Positions 1 through 10,095 of a DNA stretch of 25,932 bases are shown one piece after another; position 1 is the first letter of the stretch; each line of letters opens with the position of its first letter. The translations under genes were made by a program, and so were the position numbers. The stretch is from Paraspadella gotoi (Eukaryota > Animalia > Chaetognatha), in contig CM119271.1 in assembly GCA_051294375.1 (NCBI GenBank), positions 16,623,935 through 16,649,866 of the forward strand, in the 5' to 3' direction. The notes under the pieces were generated by a model. That model saw nothing but the letters and a program-made list of their open reading frames with translations. It did not search any database and was not told the DNA's origin.

Positions 1-2322
1 AAGGCACCTGAAGCCCTTAAATTAATGGATGACTTTTAAAATAGGGGCGCTACTATGGGTGGATGACGTAGTGACATGCGTTGAAGGGGTCCATAACCAA
101 GAAAAAGTATTGGAAAAACTAGATAACTGGGCAGCCAAACACAAACTTGAATGGGGAAAACAAAAAACGATGGTAATGCAGATAGGAAAAAAACTTGACA
201 ATAGAACAAAATGGAAATTGGCCCAGTAGAAATTGAAAATTGTACCTCATACAAATACCTTGGCGACATAATTACAAATGATGGTAAGAACTTACAAAAT
301 ATTGAAAGTAAAAAGAGCAAACTGCAAACAAGCAATCGCTTAATCAAAACAATGGCATCAAACGAAGTGATCCGAAAAATAGAATCATCTGTAATTTTAG
401 AACTCCACGAAAAAATAAATGTTCCAAGCTTGATAAATAATTCTGAAACATGGGTGCTTAATAAAAAAGAAGAAGAAGAACTTGAAAAAATCGAGATACA
501 AACTATTAAAAATTTATTTTCCATCCCAATCACAACACCCACAACAGCTATTATCTAGTCTCGTTATTCTTCTTCTTTTCCATCTCTTCAGCTATAGTGT
601 CCATTTGTTTGGAGAAAAGTCGGCTTGTTAGTCGTGAGCCTTGTTTCCCTCCTATTTCCATATTGATTTTCCTTGTTACACCAAACCTTGTTTTAATTCT
701 CGCGCATAAATTTTCATTAAGGAGTTTTAATATCCTCCATAATTTTCCTTTTAGTCCTCTTTCCCATACAATGACAAGCATGTCTTCGGTGTCTGCGTGA
801 TCAAAAGCTTTAGTAACATCATAGAAGGTGAGGAAGAGATTACGTTTTTGTTTTTGAATTATGGATATTATTGATCGTAATATGAAAATGTGGTCACATG
901 TGGAACATCCTTTTGTGCCTCCGCCCTGGGCCTGGGTAAACGGTACTAGTTGTTGGATTTTTTCATCAAGAAATTCATCAATGATTGTGCTTATTGAGGA
1001 GGAAACAGTTATTGGTCGATGGTTTAATAGATTTTCTTTGTCTCCTTTTCCTTTCCATACACTCGTAATGAGACCTTCATTCCAGATCATTGGAATTTTT
1101 TCTTCTTGCCATATTGTTGTTATAAGTGGATGTATTAATTTTGTCATTTGTAGGTTTGCGTTTTTCAACATTTCATTTTTGTAATCAGTGGTGGTTTTTC
1201 CATTTTTCTTTTTCGAAATTATATTAAAAATTTGCCTTTCTGTTGGTGGTAAATTGTAGGTTAAATTTTCGTGTTCTCTATCTTTGGTGTAGTTTTGAAA
1301 TTTCAAACTTATGTTGGCGTGTTCTGGATGATATCGAACATTGATCTTTTTGTATATGTTTTCGTAGTAATTTGCTACATTGTTCATATTTTGTTGAGGT
1401 TCAAATAGCCTGTTATTGTGTGGATCTTTTGTAATTAACCATTCTAATACATTATTTCTTTTCATTTTTTTACATTCTTTCCAAAATGAACTTCGACAGG
1501 GGTCTGAAATTATTTTCTTAAAGGTTAAAGTGAGTTTCTCCTTTCTTTCCATAATTATTTGGTTTCGTATTTTATCTTGCCATGTTTTATACATTTTTAT
1601 AAAAAATTTTCTTTTTTCTATATTATTCTCTGTTTTAATTGTAAGTTTGATATGTTTTTTGTCTTTTCTTAACTGTTTCACAATGTTTGAAAAATTTTCT
1701 TTTCTTTGTTTTTTAACAGTTGTTTTCCCAATACTTTTCATTGCCGCGGCATTGACTTGTTTGCACCATTTTTGGTATCTTATGTCAATGGTATCATTTA
1801 TGTTCTTCAAAATAGTTTGTATTTTTTGTTCTCTAGCTTCTAATTCTCGTTTAAATTTATACCATTTTTGTATTGGGGCATTTATGTTCCATATAACATT
1901 TTTGGTTTTGGGTTGGTATTCTATGTTTTCTAATGTAAGGTATGTCATGATTGTATTGTGATCGCTATTATTTTTTCCTTTAATTTTCATTAAGCCATTT
2001 TCATCTATAAGTATTTTGGTTATCCATTCTGAGACATCGCTACTGGCAAGTATGAAGTCAATTGCAGATTTTTCGTTCGCGTTCTTGGTATTTTGTCTTG
2101 TAATTTTTCCTTGACATTTGTTTGTTTTATTCATAAGAACCAGGTTAGTTTCATTTATAACGTTTAATAATAGTTTACCATTTCGACTAATGTTTTCGCC
2201 TAATAATCCTAGTTTTGCGTTGCCATCCATTGCTAAAAATATGTGTGCATGAGAAGATGTTTCTTTTATCTCCTCTGCTAATAGTTGCATTTCTCTTTCA
2301 ATTTCTTGTTTCGACGATTCAG
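1..2322 (-). mobile_element. Non-LTR retrotransposon (LINE, APE-endonuclease type, probably CR1/L2-like group), 5'-truncated, with an internally inverted RT segment
   Basis: EN and RT motifs on the minus strand (551-2322) and the following RT motifs on the plus strand (about 10-558). LINE-like sequence stops at a (GA)n tract at 2322-2340. The clade assignment is inference. Confidence 0.88.
10..558 (+). pseudogene. LINE RT C-terminal fragment (catalytic WVDD and thumb region), inverted relative to the 551-2353 ORF, with two 1-nt frameshifts
   Basis: Joined frames read EALKLMDDF/KIGALLWVDDVV...KHKLEWGKQKTMVM...KWKL/GPVEIENCTSYKYLGDII...VPSLINNSETW...LEKIEIQTIKNLFSIPITTPTTAII. The YADD-equivalent, YKYLG and SETW motifs are typical of LINE RTs. 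Frameshifts fall near 35 and 220. Confidence 0.88.
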
Positions 2323-2353
2323 AAAGAGAGAGAGAGAGAGTATCAACCGCCAA
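551..2353 (-). CDS. LINE ORF2p fragment: C-terminal half of the APE endonuclease, linker and N-terminal part of the reverse transcriptase
   Basis: Uninterrupted 600-aa ORF. EN motifs: LAMDGNAK (GDFN equivalent), NGKLL, SAIDFIL, SDHN. RT motifs: WKGKG..NHRPITV, QGGG..GCSTCDHIF, FYDVTKAFD, GGKQGSRLTSRLF. The first ~10 aa (MAVDTLSLSL) come from the flank and microsatellite, not a true start. Confidence 0.92.
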   Translation of the reverse strand: MAVDTLSLSLSESSKQEIEREMQLLAEEIKETSSHAHIFLAMDGNAKLGLLGENISRNGKLLLNVINETNLVLMNKTNKCQGKITRQNTKNANEKSAIDFILASSDVSEWITKILIDENGLMKIKGKNNSDHNTIMTYLTLENIEYQPKTKNVIWNINAPIQKWYKFKRELEAREQKIQTILKNINDTIDIRYQKWCKQVNAAAMKSIGKTTVKKQRKENFSNIVKQLRKDKKHIKLTIKTENNIEKRKFFIKMYKTWQDKIRNQIIMERKEKLTLTFKKIISDPCRSSFWKECKKMKRNNVLEWLITKDPHNNRLFEPQQNMNNVANYYENIYKKINVRYHPEHANISLKFQNYTKDREHENLTYNLPPTERQIFNIISKKKNGKTTTDYKNEMLKNANLQMTKLIHPLITTIWQEEKIPMIWNEGLITSVWKGKGDKENLLNHRPITVSSSISTIIDEFLDEKIQQLVPFTQAQGGGTKGCSTCDHIFILRSIISIIQKQKRNLFLTFYDVTKAFDHADTEDMLVIVWERGLKGKLWRILKLLNENLCARIKTRFGVTRKINMEIGGKQGSRLTSRLFSKQMDTIAEEMEKKKNNETR

Positions 2354-2611
2354 ACATTCCCATGTGATGCTTTTTTTTTCTTCATCCCGGAACCACAGTT
2401 TTTTTTATTTGATTCAATATTCGAGTCATTAAAACCTCATTTGGCGGGAAAATGAAAAACAAAACAAGAAAACGTCAAACGAAGAATGAGGAGGAGGAGG
2501 AGGAAGAGGAGGAGGAGGAAGGGTTTTGTTGTTGTTCATTTTTTAAAAGATATTCCTCGCAACTTTCTCATAAATAATAGTAAAACAAAATATAGGAAGA
2601 AATTACGGAGA

Positions 2612-2876
2612 AAAGGAAAGAAAAGTATTCAGAAAGTAAACAAGCTTGGCAAGCAAGCAAGGAAAGAAAGAAAGAAAGCAAGCTGCCAAGCGAGGAGGAA
2701 AGAAAGAAAGTAAGCTAGCAAGCAAGCCGGGAAGAAAAATAGCTAGCTGGCAAGTAAGCAGAGAAGAAAGAAAGCAAGCTGGCAAGAAAGCAGGGAAGAA
2801 AGAAAGCAAGCTGGCAAGCTAGCTGGGAAGAAAGAAACCAAGCTTGCAAGCAAGCAGAGAATAAAGAAAGCAAGCT
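2612..2876. repeat. Compound (AAGC)/(AAAG) microsatellite-derived tandem repeat
   Basis: Recurrent GAAAGAAAGCAAGCTGGCAAG-like units. Confidence 0.85.
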
Positions 2877-4854
2877 CCCGAAAATGAACGTAGGAAGTAA
2901 CGGAGTGAAAAATCTGCTGGCGGGAGATAAACACGTGAAAATATCTGGAATGGAGGAAATTAATGAAGAGAAAATGGAAAGAAAAGAAAACAATAAAAAC
3001 AAACGAGCAAAAAAAAATAAAGCGAAATAAAAGCAAAGTTCTGCTCATTGTTTTTTCGCTTCTGTTGAATTCGATTCTCACGAATCCCGCTGAGTTTTTG
3101 TATTGAAAGCCGTTGTTGTTGTCATCTTCTTCCTCCTCTTTCTATACACTATTGTGGTTCTCGGCGTCGTCGTCGTCGTAATCACAATTACGGCGGTTGT
3201 AACCCGAGAAATAAGATCATCCTTGACATTTTGCGGTTTTTACGTCGTCGTCGTCTTCGTCATTGTCATCGTCGTCGTCGTTGTCGTCATAGCCGGCCCA
3301 GGAATTCTGACTGCCATGACGCATTAACTCGTCAGATGTCGTCTTTGGTCAAAAGTCAATTTCTGTCATCGTCTGCTATTTACCCGACGAGATATAAAAA
3401 TATTGAGCTGTCTTTTTCCAAAGCGCCCCATTTCTGTTTCTTTATAGCTGAATTTAATTACAACCTAGTTCTTAACCCTAATCCGTAACATTAATCCCTA
3501 ACATAATCCTTAACCCTAAACTTATTCTTTAAAATAAATTAGTGAGAACTCATTGATTTTTAAAATATTTTATGTGTAAAGTTAATAGCCGAAATCCATG
3601 AAGGGTATAGGTTCCCAACTGATGACCATTCCATTCTATACACGTAACAAATAAAAAAAATATTCAAAAAAGAAATAATAGGAAAAATGTAAATTTTTTT
3701 AAACAAATTCTAAAATTATGTTTATGATATAAAGGTGTCCCAAGCAGAACATACGATTCTACTGATCAGAATACAGTGACAGGGCATCTTCAATTTGCAA
3801 AGGTAAATAGTCTCCTAATGATAGATTACAATTTTTAAAATGGTTACTGCATTAAACATTTATTCCAGTATATTTATTATGTATTTTAAATGTATCTTTA
3901 TAAAATTATATAATAATGCTCATCTAAATTTATATTTATTTTTTTCACTGTAATTTTTGATATAACTGTTGGGGATTCAAATCATTCAAGACTTCACCTC
4001 GCACAAACTGACATTGACTATGCTATTCAAGCATATTCCATTTAAGATTCATTACTACTTTTTCTTCTTTAATCCTCCTTACATTAACGGGTTTTTAATC
4101 TTAAATAATGCAAGTTGAAAAAAAATTATTAGTGCTACAGTAACAGTTCAGCTTAAACCCTTGAAAGCGATTTACATGTATTGGCGCAGCCACGGGTTAT
4201 TAAATTATTTGGATTGATATGAATTTAAATAGAAATTGCTATTTTGTATAAAAGCAGGTGCAAACGAAAATCTCGCAGGTTTAGTTCAAATTTATTATGC
4301 ATGTTCCTTTGTTTCTTTAAAAAGAATAAGCCATCCGGTAAATAATTTTGAAAACTTAATCAAAAGTGCTATTTTATCTTACTGAATGCTCTTTTGTTCA
4401 GGGAGCCCTCTAGTAAATAAAGCTTAAAATAAAAAAAAACTTTATTTGAATTTTGTTTTGTTTCACAAAAACATTCAAATGTGCTATTTTATTTTATTGA
4501 GGTCCGCTTTTATAATTAACCAAGAAAATTGGTTAGAGACATTTTATTGATAAACAATTAATCAACTGATTGTATCACGTGACGGACGGATATTAAAATA
4601 TTTAACACAAAATATATTTTAACCAATAAATAAAATCATAAATAAAAGTTATTTTAAATCTAAAAAAAAATAATGATAGTAAAACAGGTAATTTTTCAAA
4701 TTTTAATAAAATTAGAATTAAACTAGAATTAAACTGAAACTTATCTCTATTTGGCTTGGTCTGCCTGACTATTTAAATTCACCAAATGATAAAATAAAAA
4801 ATATCATCGACCAAGTCATTAAAGAATGAATGAATTAAGGAATTAATTGAATAA

Positions 4855-4977
4855 TTCTCTCTTCTCTCTCTCTCTTTTTTTTTTTCTCTCTTTCTTTCTC
4901 TCTCTCTCTCTCTCTCTCTCCTCTCCTCTCTCTCTCTCTCTCCTCTTTTTCTCCTCTTTCTTTTCTCTCTCTCTCTC
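4855..4977. repeat. Imperfect (CT)n microsatellite
   Basis: Direct reading. Confidence 0.95.
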
Positions 4978-5173
4978 ATAGATTAAATACCTACAAAAAA
5001 TGGAAACACATAAAAATACCTAAATAAATTGAAAATATTTTTTGATGACAGAGAAATATTACTATCAATCATTAAAAAAATAACATCAGTTTTGAACATA
5101 AAAACTGACAAAGGTTCCATGCTAACTTAGTAATTTAACTTATTTTTATATTTGTATTAAAATTTCCTTTGTA

Positions 5174-5737
5174 CTATCTAGGAAAAAAGTATATGACATA
5201 ATTTATTTATTCAATAAAAAAGTATATAAAACATGGGTAAAACATCATGATAACATTCTCAATATGTGGTATACCCTTCCTCGGCCTGTCTTTGATTGGG
5301 TATGCTCTCATACAGCAAATTGAGGTATGACAGTGAAATGTTTTTCGACATCTTTAACGCAATTCTGCGCAGCCCCAATATTATATTGCGCATCTTTCCC
5401 TCTTTTCTGAGAGCTATAATAATACTTTTTTGAACCAGAAAGGCCTTTAGCATTGCCAAATTAAAAAAATATTAAAAAATAACTAGCTTTATTTAAAATA
5501 AAAACAAATAACTAAATACCAAAAATGGAGGAAAATTAAATCTTTTTTTTTTGGCCATTTTTCATTTGAAGTAACAATATTTTTTTGCCTGTAACTTCTA
5601 AACGATTTGACCTACAAAAAAATAGAAGGAAGCTACTGAAAAGAAATTCAATATAGATTCCAAAATATTTTTAAATTAAATAAGTTTTCGAGTAGATCTA
5701 TTTTATTAAAAATGTCATATACTTTTTTCCTAGATAG
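5174..5737. mobile_element. Putative MITE or non-autonomous DNA transposon segment bounded by a perfect 26-bp inverted repeat
   Basis: CTATCTAGGAAAAAAGTATATGACAT (5174-5199) is the exact reverse complement of 5712-5737. The interior is non-coding and no TSD is clear. Confidence 0.55.
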
Positions 5738-5824
5738 GAGGTACATAAATTTATGTATTGCTCTTTAACATATTTTATTGTTGATGTGTTAACTGTCATA
5801 TTTTGGAGAATTATAAATCAAAAT

Positions 5825-5828
<4 letters not shown>

Positions 5829-5886
<58 letters not shown>
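5829..5886. repeat. Perfect (CT)n microsatellite
   Basis: Direct reading. Confidence 0.97.
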
Positions 5887-5889
<3 letters not shown>

Positions 5890-6820
5890 AAAGCATCTTC
5901 GTTTTCTTCATTGAAATTAATGTCGCCTCTTTTTTTCTTTCCTTCGACGAGATAACGACCAAAGCAGATTGGATTTCTGAATACCCTTATCGAAAAGATT
6001 GGGTCTCTTTCTCTCTCACAAACTCTTCTTTAACATTGCCTAAAACTAGTTTTATTGTATCTGACTTTAGCAGGTTCATTCATTCATTCCCAAGAAATGA
6101 AATCTCAAATACAAACATTTCCCCTTCACACTTATTGTTTGAGCTGCATCGTTTAAATTTCACGATTGTCTAATTTTTCTAACGATCGAGATTCCAACGA
6201 TGTTTTAAAATGTATATTTATATTAATACAATAGGCGACTAAGTATAAAAACAGTTTCAGTTGTTTTACAAAAAACATTTAAAAAAACCCTTAAAGCTAC
6301 GGGAAAACGTTCGAGGTCTCATCTACCGAGGCCTCTCACTTTTCCTCAATTTCAAACATTAAAATTAAGCGAGATATTCGCTTTCCTCTTCTTCTTCGTC
6401 TTCATAATCTTCGTCACGACTCTCGGTCGCAAATCGGGAAACTTGGGACTCGGATGTCGTAATTCTCCGCCGTCGGACGTCGAGCCGTCATCCCCCAACG
6501 GCGACGCCCGCGTTGGCCAATGCGAACGCCAATACTCTCCTTGTTAAGACCTTCTAATTTTTATAGCCTTTCTACCAAAGCTTTATCCTTCCTCTCTCTT
6601 TACCTCATCTCTCTCTCTTCCTCCCCTCTCCCTCTCCTTCTCCCTCTCTGCTCTTCTCCCCTCTCGATTCTTCTTTCTCTCTCCCCTCTCCCCCTCTCCT
6701 TCTCCCTCTCTCTCCTCCCCACACCTCTTCCTCTTCACTTTAAACTGTCTGCCGAATTTCGAATTCTTCCTGCGGTTAAAACGTTTCTCTTCTTCCTTTC
6801 ATCACTTGGGGCTCTCTCTC

Positions 6821-6871
<51 letters not shown>

Positions 6872-7009
6872 GTCGAATCGGATCCCTTCCTTCCCCAATA
6901 AACTTGTCTCTGGGCGACAAATTCACTCCAATAAAGTTGACGCCCCCCTTTTCTCCCCCTCCCTCCCTCTTTCCCTTCTCCCCCTCCTCTTCATTCTCCA
7001 ACCGCGATC

Positions 7010-7240
7010 ATTGGCCAATCCTTTCAATCCACGTCTTCCTATTGGTCCATCAATATATTTCACCTTCATCGTGATTGGTTGAAATGTGTCTGTAATCTTA
7101 GGACGAATCCTATTGGCTTGTTCGAAAGCTTCGCTTTCCCGATTTCGACCAATCAGATAACGAAGAGACTCACGTTGAGTCGCCAGGAACCGTTCCTCGC
7201 TCTCATTGGCTGACTATTTTCTAACAAGAATTTTCATTGG
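7010..7240 (-). promoter_or_regulatory. Multi-CCAAT (NF-Y-type) promoter-like array; duplicate at ~8410-8637
   Basis: ATTGG at 7010, 7041, 7074, 7112, 7205 and 7236, and CCAAT at 7015 and 7149, giving 8 motifs in 231 bp of CpG-containing, non-repetitive sequence. Confidence 0.55.
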
Positions 7241-7420
7241 TAAAAAGACGGCATCATGATTTTTTTTATCGCAACCTTTAGTTTTTGCTCTTTTTTTTCT
7301 CTTCCCCCTTTTTTTTAATTCCTTCTTTTTGCTGAGAATGATTTACACGGACGCAATCAAGAGAGCAGGCCGCAAGGAAAACGTAACAATGATAGGGGGG
7401 CAAGTAGGAAAAGGAGGCGA

Positions 7421-7456
<36 letters not shown>

Positions 7457-7481
7457 NNNNNNNNNNNNNNNNNNNNNNNNN
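7457..7481. other. Assembly gap (25 N)
   Basis: Direct count. Confidence 0.99.
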
Positions 7482-8213
7482 GCTCGGCTGGTTTTGGTCG
7501 TTGCAAACATTTCCCCTTCACACTTATTGTTTGAGCTGCATCGTTTAATTTCACGATTGTCTAATTTTTCTAACGATCGAGATTCCAACGATGTTTTAAA
7601 ATGTATATTTTATATTAATACAATAGGCGACTAAGTATAAAAACAGTTTCAGTTGTTTTTACAAAAAACATTTAAAAAAACCTTAAGCTACGGGAAAACG
7701 TTCGAGGTCTCATCTACCGAGGCCTCTCACTTTTCCTCAATTTCAAACATTAAAATTAAGCGAGATATTCGCTTTCCCCTCTTCTTCTTCGTCTTCATAA
7801 TCTTCGTCACGACCTCTCGGTCGCAAATCGGGAAACTTGGGACTCGGATGTCGTAATTCTCCGCCGTCGGACGTCGTAGCCGTCATCCCCCAACGGCGAC
7901 GCCCGCGTTGGCCATGCGAACGCCAATACTCTCCTTGTTAAGACCTTCTAATTTTTATAGCCTTTGCTACCAAAGCTTTATCCTTCCTCTCTCTTTCACC
8001 TCATCCTCTCTCTCTTTCCTCCCCTCTCCCTCTCCTTCTCCCTCTCTGCTCTTCCTCCCCTCTCGATCCCCCTCCTTCTTTCCTTCCCCCTCTCTCCTTC
8101 TCCTCTCTCTCTCCTCCCCATACCCTCGCTCCCCCTCTTCAACTTTAAACTGTCTGCCGAATTTCGAATTCTTCCTGCGGTTAAAAGTTTCTCTTCTTCC
8201 TTCATCACTTGGG

Positions 8214-8250
<37 letters not shown>

Positions 8251-8831
8251 ATCTCTCTCTCTCTCTCGGGTCGAATCGGATCCTCTTCCTTCCCCAATAA
8301 ACTTGTCTCTGGGCGACAAAATTCACTCCAATAAAGTTGACGCCCACCTTTTTCTTCCCCTCCCTCCCTCTTTCCCTTCTCCCCTCCTCTTCATTCTCCA
8401 ACCGCGATCATTGGCCAATCCTTTCAATCCACGTCTTCCTATTGGTCATCAATATATTTCACCTTCATCGTGATTGGTTGAAATGTGTCTGTAATCTTAG
8501 GACGAATCTATTGGCTTGTTCGAAAGCTTCGCTTTCCCGATTTCGAACCAATAGATAACGAAGAGACTCAGCGTTGAGTCGCCAGGACCGTTCTCGCTCT
8601 CATTGGCTGAATATTTTCTAACAAGAATTTTCATTGGTAAAAAAGACGGCATCATGATTTTTTTTTATCGCAAACCTTTAGTTTTTGCTCTTTTTTTTCT
8701 CTTCCCCTTTTTTTTTAATTCCTTCTTTTTGCTGAGAAATTGATTTACACGGACGTACAATCAAGAGAGCAAGGCCGCAAGGAAAACGTAACAATGATAG
8801 GGGGCAAGTAGGGAAAAGGAGGCGAGGTGAG

Positions 8832-8874
<43 letters not shown>

Positions 8875-8975
8875 TAAACCGCTTATCAGCGAGACTGTAC
8901 AATGAAGGATACAACTGCGATAAAGTAAAAAAAAAATAACAAGAACAAAACAAAAGAAATAAAGAAACACAAAGA

Positions 8976-9695
8976 AAAACAAGTTTGAGCAAACAATGTC
9001 GGATCTGCCCACGATCATTAGCGGTAATTAATCAATTTATTAATTAATTCAAGTTAATTAATTAATTAGGCAATTAATAAATTAATCAATTTGATCCGAA
9101 ATGTTTTTTTTTGGTCTTTTCATCACTGACCACGACAAAAGCAATGACGACGATGATGGCAACGACGACAATAATGCCGATAATGATTGACTTGATTGAT
9201 TGATTGAATAATTAATTAATTGACAAATAAATTGATTGTCATTGATTTTCATAATTCGATATTCTGACATGATTTAAGTGAATGCCCGACAAGATTGNNN
9301 NNNNNNNNNNNNNNNNNNNNNNGATCTGCCCACGATCATTGCGGTAATTAATCAATTTATTATAAATTCAAGGTTAATTAATTAATTAGGCCAATTAATA
9401 AATAATAAATTTTGTCCGAAATGTTTTTTTTTGGTCTTTTCATCACTGACCACGACAAAAGCAATGACGACGATGATGGACACGACGACAATAATGCCGA
9501 TAATGATTGAACTTGATTGATTGATTGAATAATTAATTAATTGACAAATAAATTGATTGTCATTGATTTTTTCATAATTCGATATTCTGACATGATTTAA
9601 GTGAAATGCCCGACAAGATATTGAGGGGCAGACGACGGACCGACAAAGTGAATTATAGTATCGGGATCTGCTGATATGCAGATCCGACTAAAAAA
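8976..9695 (-). mobile_element. HINE / DINE-1-like non-autonomous Helentron, copy A (both ends present, no central tandem repeats; length inflated by the gap duplication)
   Basis: Small stem-loop GTTTGAGCAAAC (8983-8994) next to subTIR GTCGGATCTGC (8998-9008). Terminal subTIR+IR hairpin at 9661-9688. Both ends sit in A-runs. Strand follows the DINE-1 convention. Confidence 0.8.
9298..9322. other. Assembly gap (25 N) flanked by a ~300-bp duplicated sequence (9002-9297 vs 9323-~9623)
   Basis: Direct count. Both flanks run from GATCTGCCCACGATCATT to GCCCGACAAGAT. Confidence 0.98.
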
Positions 9696-9869
9696 CAAAA
9701 TAAAGGTGAACCGATGACGCGACGCAGTTCGATTCTCGTTTCTGACAAGAAAAACTGCGATAGAAAATCTATTTCAAGAAAAAATCATTAGATAAAAATA
9801 TTAAGTTTTATGTTATTATTTTATGATTCGAGAGGAGAAGGGTTTATCTTAAAAACACCTTTTTTAAAA

Positions 9870-10095
9870 TTCATTCATTCTTTCGATTATTTATTTATTT
9901 ATTTGTTTTTTTTTGTTCATTCATTCATTAATTCGTTTATTCATTCATTCATTCATTCATTCATTCATTCATTCATTCTTTTATTCATTCAGTTTTTTTC
10001 ATTCACCAATTCATTGTGTTATTCATTCACTCGTACATTCTAATATTCATTCATTCATTCAGTCATTCATTTATTCCTTCATATATTTATTCATC
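9870..10095. repeat. (ATTC)n / (ATTT)n microsatellite
   Basis: Direct reading. Confidence 0.92.

Larger units (their letters stand above)
6112..8870 (+). repeat. ~1.35-kb near-identical direct duplication (6112-7456 vs 7504-~8870) across a 25-N gap; probable assembly artefact
   Basis: Both copies start CAAACATTTCCCCTTCACAC and end in (GA)n. Differences are mostly 1-2 nt indels. The N-run is 7457-7481. Confidence 0.9.

Noticed and set aside
36-1961. ORFs antisense to the LINE pieces (36-542, 597-800, 861-1184, 1416-1961)
   Set aside because: They are shadow frames of the LINE coding strand.
1-2322. Twin-priming 5' inversion as the explanation for the LINE rearrangement
   Set aside because: Twin priming gives a divergent junction, whereas these fragments converge tail-to-tail.
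3460-3520. Interstitial telomeric repeat (TAACCC-like)
   Set aside because: Only two exact TAACCCTAA words among degenerate units; too short to call.
7482-7503. 22 nt after the first gap as a sequencing adapter
   Set aside because: It does not match adapter sequences I can recall; more likely a low-quality contig end.
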